Of a stretch of DNA of 64,000 nucleotides, positions 54,105-64,000 are shown piece by piece. Positions within the stretch are counted from its first letter, which is position 1, and each line of letters starts with the position of its first letter. The translations under genes were made by a program, and so were the position numbers. The stretch is from Eledone cirrhosa (taxonomy: Eukaryota), in the NCBI GenBank assembly GCA_964016885.1, contig OZ024746.1:66960001-67024000 (forward strand), given 5' to 3'. The notes below the pieces were generated by a model that saw only the letters and a program-made list of their open reading frames with translations, was not told the DNA's origin and searched no databases.

Positions 54105-54106
<2 letters not shown>
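53226..54106 (+). mobile_element. Non-coding element with partial tandem repeat (pseudo-LTR) plus inverted 5' arm, flanked by (TA)n
   Basis: 53287-53551 is repeated at 53815-54097. 53226-53285 is the reverse complement of 53375-53434. Confidence 0.85.
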
Positions 54107-54167
<61 letters not shown>

Positions 54168-54818
54168 AAGAGTGAGGAATAACATGGTCAACAGTACAAA
54201 AAGGCTATCAACGACGAACATCGTTTATGACGGTGGTCGTTGTCAAGCCTACTCTCTTACCGTGCTCTCTGCTGGAACTCACTATAGGCCGTACAAGAAG
54301 ACTACATTTGATAGAAACGTAGTAAAAATGTATATTCTTATTCAGAATGTCCTATGATTTCACTTTATTAGTCAGATAGACACCGAGTAAATCATTTCAC
54401 GTTCATCTTGAACTGAAAGAGAAAAATAATTCCGTGGTGGTGAATTAGGGACAACTTAAAACTGTTCTCTACAAATAAATATTCGACAGCAAAAACACTT
54501 TATCAATTTATACAAAAGAGAATGATTGAAAAGAATATATATATGTATGTCGGAACGTAGAAAAGAAGGCAGGAAATGAATCAGAATTTGGTAATTATAA
54601 TGATTTATAACATAAGTACTTGAAATATGTTCCACGACGTATTTTAAAAGAATTAGAAAAGACACTAACGGCAATAATTTAAGTGTAAAAAATACGAAAG
54701 CATAATATATTTTGACAAATTTTATCTTCCATTACATTTTAAATGTTTCCTGAAATACAAGTGTAAATCTAAAAGTAATTTTTGAAGATAATATAACGTA
54801 AAAATACTGAATAATTTG

Positions 54819-54908
<90 letters not shown>

Positions 54909-55220
54909 TGTGTGTGTGTGTTTGTGTGTGTGTGTATGTGTGTGTGTGTGTGTGTGTGTATGTGTGTATGCGTGTATGTGTGTATGTGTATGTGTGTGCG
55001 TGTGTGTGCATGTGTGCGTGCGTGCGTGAGTGTGTGTGCTTGTGTGTGTGTGTGTTTGTTTGTGTGTATAAATAAATCGATAATAAAGAAAGGAAGGAAA
55101 CTCAAAGGAGGTCATGCTCACCAGTTAACATATAGCCACAATATAGACGCGCGCGCGCACACAAAGGCCTGTGTGGTTCATTATTTCTTTTTCGTGTGCA
55201 ACTTTCCTATCTATCTTCCA

Positions 55221-55259
<39 letters not shown>

Positions 55260-55405
55260 TATATATATATGAGAGGTGTATGTGTGTGTGGCTGTGTGTA
55301 TGTGGGTGGTGGGGGTATAGGTGTGTGTGCGTGTATATATATATGTATATGTATATGAGCGCACATACATAATACAGAAATACTCGCTCACAAACACACA
55401 CACGC

Positions 55406-55454
<49 letters not shown>

Positions 55455-55473
55455 GTGTGTGTGTGTATTCATG

Positions 55474-55518
<45 letters not shown>

Positions 55519-55539
55519 TTATATATATGTATATATGTA

Positions 55540-55647
<108 letters not shown>

Positions 55648-55676
55648 CAATGTATATATATATATATATGTATATA

Positions 55677-55721
<45 letters not shown>

Positions 55722-56339
55722 TAATAATTCATGATGCTGAAAAACTTTTTTGTTTCTTCACATAAAATCTGCCAATGCGTATAATTAACTTCTCATAAAA
55801 TATAAAAATCTATTGGCGGTTTACGTGAATTTTATAGATAACTTTTCTGTTTTATGAATCTCCATAGATATTAGATTTGAAGGAATAGAGTTATAAAACA
55901 TCTAGTACATTTAGCATATTACGTATGTGATTTTTCCTTCTTTTTTATTAATGAAATCTCAATTTCAATGTTATTGCCGTTTTGATTTGACGTTAACTGT
56001 AAAAAAAAACATTAGCGGACCAAGAAATACAGACCGACTCAGAAGTATTGATATATATTTTGCACAGAAATGCTTTTATGCACCATATGCTGATTGAGCA
56101 AGTCAGTGTGATCGAATTCTGAGTGACGTGGTTACGCTGAGGAATGTTCAAGAACACGGTGAGGTCGACATTGCTGGTCAAAAACTTGTTTTCTGAATAG
56201 GTGATTGTTTTTAACTGTTGATATCCTATGCTGAACCTCTCTGTGCACCTAATAAGAAACATTTATCGAAATACATTTAAATCTCTCCTAATATGCGTGC
56301 CTATATCTCATGTATATATGTATTCAAACAACAGAATTC

Positions 56340-57580
56340 GTAATATGATCGGCTTGTCTCCAGACAGCCCCGGCGGACAGAATGGAGAAGGCGTTTCCCC
56401 GGAGGACGGTAAAGGTACGCGCTGGAGAAGCCACTCCAACTCGCGGGGCTCACATCTGCGGCTGGCCAGTAGGGAGGTATCCCTAGGGCTGAGTAGGGAG
56501 GTAGCCCTAGGGCCGAGGACACCAGAAGTCTCAACTGCCAAGGGTACAGCCGCACACCTGTCGGAGAGCGACCGGTATTTGAGAAGTTTGGCCTCCTCAG
56601 CCCGACGTGCAGCAGAACCTGGGTTAGTCGCAGACTGCACCAAGTTGCCGGTGCAGAAGTGTCGGTGCAAGTGGCATCCCAGACGAGGGGTTTGCCACCG
56701 CGGAACGGGAAGATGATCATACTATCTGGTCTATTGCCGCCCCCTCGGTCCAGTCCAACCGGCTTGAGCTGGGAAGGGAAGCCTTCAGCGTCCAAGCCCT
56801 ACTTTATGACCTCGTTGAGGCCAGTATGGCGTGGAAGGAGGCCGGCACTGTGGCGACAGGAAAGTGGATGGAGGCCGAAAGAGTCCACAGTAGATCCGCA
56901 GCGACATTGGTGTGGCTCGCATATCCGGAGGCCGAGCCTCAAGTAAACGCCGATGTGCACGCTGTTGTTGTCTAGCTGCGTGCCAGTGGAGAAGGAGGGC
57001 AGGGCATGGAGCCAGGCACCACTGTGGGGTTTGGAGGCCACACGAAAACAGTTAAGGCTGTGCTGGTCGAGCTGGCGCGTGAGCCTGTCTGAAGCCAGAC
57101 TGTACTGGATGGCATCCCAGGTGCTTTGGGGGGACTTGACATAAGCAGGAGGAGACTTGACGTCAGCAGGGGGAGAAGGAGGAGGGACATCTACTGGGCT
57201 AAGTCCCAGCCGGTCCCCCGTCTCACAGGCGGCCTCACGTTCTCTGAACACAGTGGGTTCTATTGTGTTTTGAAGAACCCTGCTGACGAGGACGCGGCAT
57301 GAGGTTACCGACGAAACAAACGCCGGCAAAGCCACTGAGATCGGAGACCGGAGGCCAAGGCCACCATACTTGAGAGGTAAAGTGGCCTGTTGCCATCCAA
57401 TGTTGTCAAACCTGACGTTGCATATCTCCTCGGCTGCTGCTCGGATACAAGAATCGAGATCAGTGAGGAGAGATGCGTGGGAGTAGCACGGAGCGCCGTG
57501 AATGGTATAGAGGAGCTTCGGCATAGCTAAGCATTTTCTCAACAGAATTACAGCATGGGATTACTCCATGTCCAGACATT
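56340..57580 (-). mobile_element. CRE-clade non-LTR retrotransposon, 3' part (RT thumb, zinc finger, REL endonuclease), pseudogenised
   Basis: PKLLYT..WQQATLPLKYGGLGLRS..ALPAFVSS..SGAWLHALP..RLGL..CRCG..HPLSC..RHTGLN; in-frame TAG at 56799-56801; RPD..VWDATCTD; then a frameshift to AARRAEEAKLLKY..PLAVETSGVLGP. Confidence 0.88.
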
Positions 57581-58662
57581 CGGGGAATCGAGTTCTCACA
57601 TGTCAGACGGTTGCAACCGCCTGATCAGATATATTTGATATGATTTTGGCTGCCTCTCACCTATTGTTGTATCATGTAGTACATATACACGATTATAAAA
57701 ATATACTGCATACATACATAAGAACATACTGAATTCATGATTATACTAAATGATCTCCAGAAGTTAAAACTAGCTACTAAGCTATCAATATTCAGTGGTG
57801 TATTTTTATTCAGTTTTCATGTTAAATAATGAATTGTTTGCTGATATGAAATGGTACTTTTGAAAGTCTAATGTAAACGGCTGTGTTCCACTGACATCTG
57901 TACCCTTAACATAATTCTCTCGTAGAATCCGTATTGACTGAATATTGATATAAGTTATACATTTGTCGACACCTAAAAGATGAATTAGAAAATATCGTAA
58001 CGAATAACAAATCTCTGACGATTTAACAGCTCTTCTAATTCACCGCCTTCCCTCTTCAGTAAATTTGATCTTTTTCTAAAATCCAAACAGAGATAATTGA
58101 AATTTATAAAGTGTAAGTCTTAATCGAATTGAACTCATTAAGAAAAATAGTTGAATTAAGAAAAAAGACCAGGGAATATATTAATGTAAAAATATGTGAT
58201 AACATGTTTCTAGAAATGATTTAAAACTGTTATGATATTTTTTCCACTGAATATAATTGCGAGAAAATTGTTATTATTTCAATTTTAATTATAGCGCATG
58301 ATTACTTAATTGCCGGAAAAAATTATGTGTATTTTTCATATTCTTAAATTTATTATAATTGTAAATCGAAAATTATCCGAGTAAATGATTAGATTTTCTT
58401 TTAACATATGAGAAATTGCAGATTATAAAATTACAGTCAGCTGCCATATTATTTCATGATTTCATAACTCAATTATATGCAATCGCATACACGAACACAA
58501 AAGATCATAAACTTACACACAATCAGACCCAACTACACGATTCTTTAGATGGAGACATATTTTTTATAGCATAGGCGAAGCAGAATTTAGATTATAACTG
58601 ATTATAACTGTATATCTGATAGTGCAGGCTTTCCAAAGATAACTATTTAAATAATAAATATA

Positions 58663-59251
58663 TCTATATATATATAAAACTGTGGTTGTCTGTCTGTCTA
58701 TCGATTTTTGGCACACATCTCCTCTTAGAATCTCTCACGGAATTGCACCGAAATTGCTATACTTGTTCATTGAGCCCTAGCGAAGACATCAGAAAAAAAA
58801 AATTTCAAATTGACCCACCCTATGTGACGAAATCGAATATAATGTATCGATTTTTGAGCGTAAGTGATCAGTTATTTCCCTTTGTTCTGTTTACATTGAG
58901 CGTCTGCGTGCAAAAATTAAAAAAATTACGCTGGCTTTCTCAGCGTTTAAAATGACATTAACACAATTCGAACACTAAGCTTCCGTTTTGCTTCATTTCC
59001 ATTTAAAAGCCTTTTAAAACAATATTTTTACTTGAAAACAAGTCTATTTAAAGACTACGTAAAACAAGCAAATATTTCGTAAAAAAAAGCAAAAATTATA
59101 TAAGTTTATTTAAAATATATGTATCTGTAAATTTCGTTAGGCGTGCAGACAGACAGTCGTGCAGACAGACTTTAAGCCAAAAAAGAAACTTAACATTGTA
59201 ACTTTAACACAGCTACTGAGCGACCCGAGCAACGCCGGGCTTTACTGCTAG
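58663..59251 (+). mobile_element. Non-autonomous Helitron
   Basis: A|TCTATATATATAAAA start, subterminal hairpin CCCGAGCAACGCCGGG, and CTAG|T end. Confidence 0.88.
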
Positions 59252-60012
59252 TACTATATATTATTACGTAACATCAGCATTATTATTTTTTTGTTATTTG
59301 TTACTATATATCATTACATATATTATTAGATTCACTTTAGCTTTGTGTAGATATGACTATTTCTTTTCTTTTAAAACTTTCAATACTAACTCTGAAAAAT
59401 ATGAAGAATAAAATATTTCCACTATATACTATATATATAGAAACCCACACAAAATTTATCTTTATGCGTTTTGAAAATGATGCTCGCCTCATAAGACGAT
59501 GATTAACCGTATGTTATTATCTAGGAGGTATCGTTGATAAATATGACAATCACTGTTGATAGCACTAAAATAGTTCGCCTCATTTTCCTCATGAATTCAC
59601 CTGTGGTAAAGTAATTAATAAAGGAATATATATTCATGATAGAAACATGCTTCGTGTACATAGATTAACATTTCAATGTTATCACAGCAACGACTTTTAT
59701 TTGAGTAATGTGTTATCTACTATAAATTTACTTTAATCGTCTAATATATTCAGTGTTATGATAAATTCAGTGTTATAAATTCATTATATAATTAATTCAA
59801 TTGATAGATTTAAAAAAACAATGCAGTTAGGACTTCTACTCCGAATAGCGCGATTAAATACATATCAGTCTTAGCCTTCATTTAAATATATATATATATT
59901 TATTTACTTTATATATATATATATAAACACACACACATACACACAAACACACACACATGCACACATACTCACACACACACACACATACACACACACATAT
60001 ATATATATATAT

Positions 60013-60061
<49 letters not shown>

Positions 60062-60062
<1 letters not shown>

Positions 60063-60590
60063 CTGTGCAAAGTAAACAATCTACCACATTCTGAGAAATG
60101 GTATGAGCATAGGCCAGAGGCGGTGATGGAGAACAGTCAGGTGAAGGTGCTGTGGGATTTTAGGATACAGACGGACAAAAAACTGGAACACAATAGACCT
60201 GACCTGGTGGTTGTGGACAAAGAAAAAAGATCGTGCCTGATTGTGGATGTGGCCTGCCCGTTCGACACGAGAGTGCGAGAGAAGGAGAGGGATAAAATTA
60301 ACCGATACCAGGACCTAAAGTGGGAGGTGAAAAGGATTTGGAACTGCCATGAAGTCAAAGTGATCCCGATTGTCATAGGCGCACTGGGGACTATCTCCAA
60401 AGGTTTCCAGGGATGGTTAAAGAAAATCGGCCCCTTCACGCTTTTTGGAACGCTTCAAAAGGCATGCTTGCTTGGAACGGCAAGAACCCTCCGATACGTC
60501 CTGAATATCTGAGGCTGCAGGTAGTGGCTTGATATTCAATCCAACGGACTTTCCAGTTAACCAACATCAATGACTGAGATTCAAGGAATA
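60062..60590 (+). mobile_element. 5'-truncated R4/Dong-type non-LTR element, REL endonuclease domain open (60123-60512)
   Basis: VLWDFRIQTDKKLEHNRPDLVVVDK..IVDVACPFD..EKERDKINRYQDL..VIPIVIGALGT. Flanked by (TAA)n on both sides. Confidence 0.9.
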
Positions 60591-62583
60591 ACAATAACAA
60601 TAATAATAGTAATAATAATAAATTTGAAGAGTAAAATCCAAAGAGGGCTCGATAAGGATAAATATATATTAAATATATAAGAACCGTAGAGCAAATATTT
60701 ATTAAAATAACAGATTAAAGTTTAAGCAAAGAATCGCTGCTTTCACCAGAAATTTGTCATAAGAACATTAGGAGGATACATAATATGGAAAGTAAGCATT
60801 AGTTTCAACATTTATATAGGAAAAGATAGCAGAGGCGAAAGAAGCATATGAAAAATATGTGCATATAAATACAATAGAATAAAATTAGGAGCAGCTAAAA
60901 GCAGTAAAAATTTAAAAAATATACTGTTATAGAGAAACCTGCTGCTATAAAAAGGTTAACTGCTAGGATGAAACGAACGCAAGTGATTAAATGTTTTAAA
61001 CTCTCTTTGATTGTTATTTATAAAATATTTCGGCTCTGTAATATACTTCTTAGTTTACATTGAGCTATTCTCATACATGTAATTGGATAATATTTAATAT
61101 TACCAACATTATATATATATATATATATATATATATGGGGGGGTCTGTGTGTGTGGGGGGGGGGGGGAGTTATGTGTGTGTCTGTGTATCTGTGTATATA
61201 TATAATCATAAATATATATAGGATTATATTATATATATATGTGTAGCATTAACATTCCTCATGTCATTCGTTACACCAAGGAAGTTAAGACAATTTCAGT
61301 ATCAGCATTGCTACTTCAATCAATTATGGCCGATAAATCACATTATTAAACTTAACACTAGGGATGTTAATTTACTACCATTCCTAATGGGGACGTGCAA
61401 TTTAGAATTTATGTATGAGAAATTTAATTGAAATTTTATGTTTCTATATATAAAAGGTAACAAATTATCTTAATGAGAGAAACTGCATTAATTCTTATTA
61501 ATAAAAAGGATTTATTTAGTTAATGTGTAACAACTTTATACTCGATGAAAAGGTTTGGTTTGTAGTTTAACGTTATGTCATGCTTCAAAGAAGGTTTTAT
61601 GATCAAATGAGATTCAATCATATCCAATTTGTCTTTTTATTCGGTTTAATACATCCGTGACAAGTTTATCCAATGCGAGCTTCATTTCATGTTTCTTATA
61701 GTTGTTTAACCTATGTCAATACTGAACAGTCAGGGCTTTCATCAAATTCGTTTAAGCCAAGATTATCTAATCATTTTCTTTATAATGTATAATATTTCCA
61801 TAATCATGTTATCTAATGTTTCTTTAGACCTTTTAAACAGCATATGATTTGTGTGATATTTCTGGATCACTGCAGGATTGCAGTAAAGTTAAATTCTTGG
61901 GTATTATGTGGTCAATTTACACCATTCGCGGGCAGTTGATATGATAGTTTGATTGATATATAACATACCTATATACCATTAATATAGAACAATAATTAAA
62001 AGAGAAATATATGTAAGCTATGTCAGAATCTGAGTTATATGATGTTACGCAGTTTGTCGTCATCATTGGGATATGGGAAAAATAAATTTATATTATCAGG
62101 TACGGAGGTTCCTTCGTAATGAATTTAGTTTCTTCCTCCATTTTAGTTACAAATGGAAATAGGACATATAATAGTGACATGATTAGCCTTTCAATCCTAA
62201 GGGATTTAAATGTACAAACACTTTATCATTGTTTTCACTATAATCATGGAAGCAACTTTAATTATAACATATCGATTCTCGTGATGCCGTTATTTATCAT
62301 TGTCTTAAATCTGTGTACTATTTGGTGTGACGTTGCATGAAAAATGAGAGTAAAATAGACATGGCATTAACCGAAGTTTATAGCTTACGGTGGGGATAAG
62401 TAAGTGTATAGCTACTCTATTACTTCGTTAAAAGCTTGTAATGTGTTCTCATAAATAACGTCCGTACACATGTATCAACTCTCACATGCGGAATGATAAT
62501 ATTCCAAATATCCCAAGATACAAACACATTCATAGATCTGTAAAAACTTGTACACAAATACACACAGGCACACATACACGTAC

Positions 62584-62703
<120 letters not shown>

Positions 62704-62887
62704 ATGTATATACAGAGTGAGAGAGAAATTGATAGCTAAACATCTGCTTGTTTTATATAGGTATGTACTAAAATGTAACCTTGGAGCTGTTTGAAGTGTT
62801 GTAATTACATTCATTATTAATGATTACATTTGCTTCAAAGTTTCGCTGATAATACAGGACATTCTTAATGTCGTAATGCTGCTTCTA

Positions 62888-63028
<141 letters not shown>

Positions 63029-63144
63029 CCAATTTACATGTGTCGCAAATAATTTTGTCTAGTCTGGGATTTTTAATAAAATACCTATTGAGTATGCTGA
63101 GATGCAACCGGTCCTAGCAGTGAAACTCATGCTAGTCTCGACAA

Positions 63145-63214
<70 letters not shown>

Positions 63215-63216
<2 letters not shown>

Positions 63217-63283
63217 ACGAAGGAAGTGTGGTAAGGAACCAGATGGACCATAACGCACAATAGTTGGGGTTAAACATATTCCA
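63215..63283 (-). repeat. Family B terminal fragment in (TA)n
   Basis: taacgaaggaagtgtggtaaggaaccagatggaccataacgcac is the reverse complement of the family B tail end. Confidence 0.8.
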
Positions 63284-64000
63284 TATATATATATATATAT
63301 ATATATATACATGCACACACATAATAAAATATTTTGCTTGAAGCATTGTATATAATATATAACGGTCAGCTGCTCTCAGATATGGAGGTCTCAGGTCAAA
63401 CAGATCCGAAATCAGATACAAAGGCAAATCAATGATTGTTTGGTGATAGACAACTAGAAATGCTACTCAGACGATATACGACCTTACCTATAAAGTTGCT
63501 TGAGAAAACTCCTAATATACTTCAAGTTATAATTGCCGTCCTAACATAAGTCAACCAAAAGCAAGTGTACAAATAGTTAAGAACAAATGAACTAGACAGT
63601 GTACAATACACACATACCGTGTGAATTACCCACATCAAAATTTATATATGTTTATTATGCATACAAATAACGATTGGGAGTTCATATACACTTCTATTAT
63701 GAATTACGCTATGTCAATACTTCTGCTAAACAATACAATGTTAAACTTAATTTATATTTAATGATAATTTTCCCTGTGATTAGCATGAATAACAAACGTT
63801 CGAAATAAAAGCGATTAAATAATTAAGAAGAATAGAAGAGGACTGCTATTTGTGCAGACAATGACTGGCTATTCATTTACTGATGGGATTTATTGTTTTA
63901 GAATACATAACGATGCATTAATAATCGTAGTTGTAACTTTAACAAGGTAAGAGTGATTGTTTCATTTTTTTTTTCGTTTACAATTCAATAAGCTCTTGAG

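Noticed and set aside
63902-63946. Possible 45 nt exon (ttttag...AAG/gtaaga)
   Set aside because: Only splice-like motifs, with no recognisable peptide or partner exons. It would need RNA-seq.

Overview
AT-rich, microsatellite-saturated animal DNA. The SINEs, (TA)n/(CA)n load and transposon set fit an octopus or other cephalopod (inference). I find no supportable host gene; almost all listed ORFs are microsatellite artefacts. The window is a transposon graveyard: two 5'-truncated Penelope-like elements (PLEs) of Naiad type with C-terminal GIY-YIG endonucleases, R4/Dong-type and CRE-type non-LTR fragments, two non-autonomous Helitrons, and about 16 tRNA-derived SINEs of two families. The strongest hidden signal is a set of short non-coding inserts from several unrelated families, mostly sitting in (TA)n arrays. 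About ten carry type I hammerhead ribozyme (HHR) cores (CUGANGA...GAAA...NUH) with self-complementary stem III. Many are fold-back palindromes, and in one family the fold-back apex falls repeatedly inside HHR stem II. This suggests a TA-targeted, HHR-bearing mini-PLE or retrozyme-like system in which the ribozyme hairpin may prime snap-back second-strand synthesis (inference). All folds were paired by eye and coordinates are approximate to a few bases.
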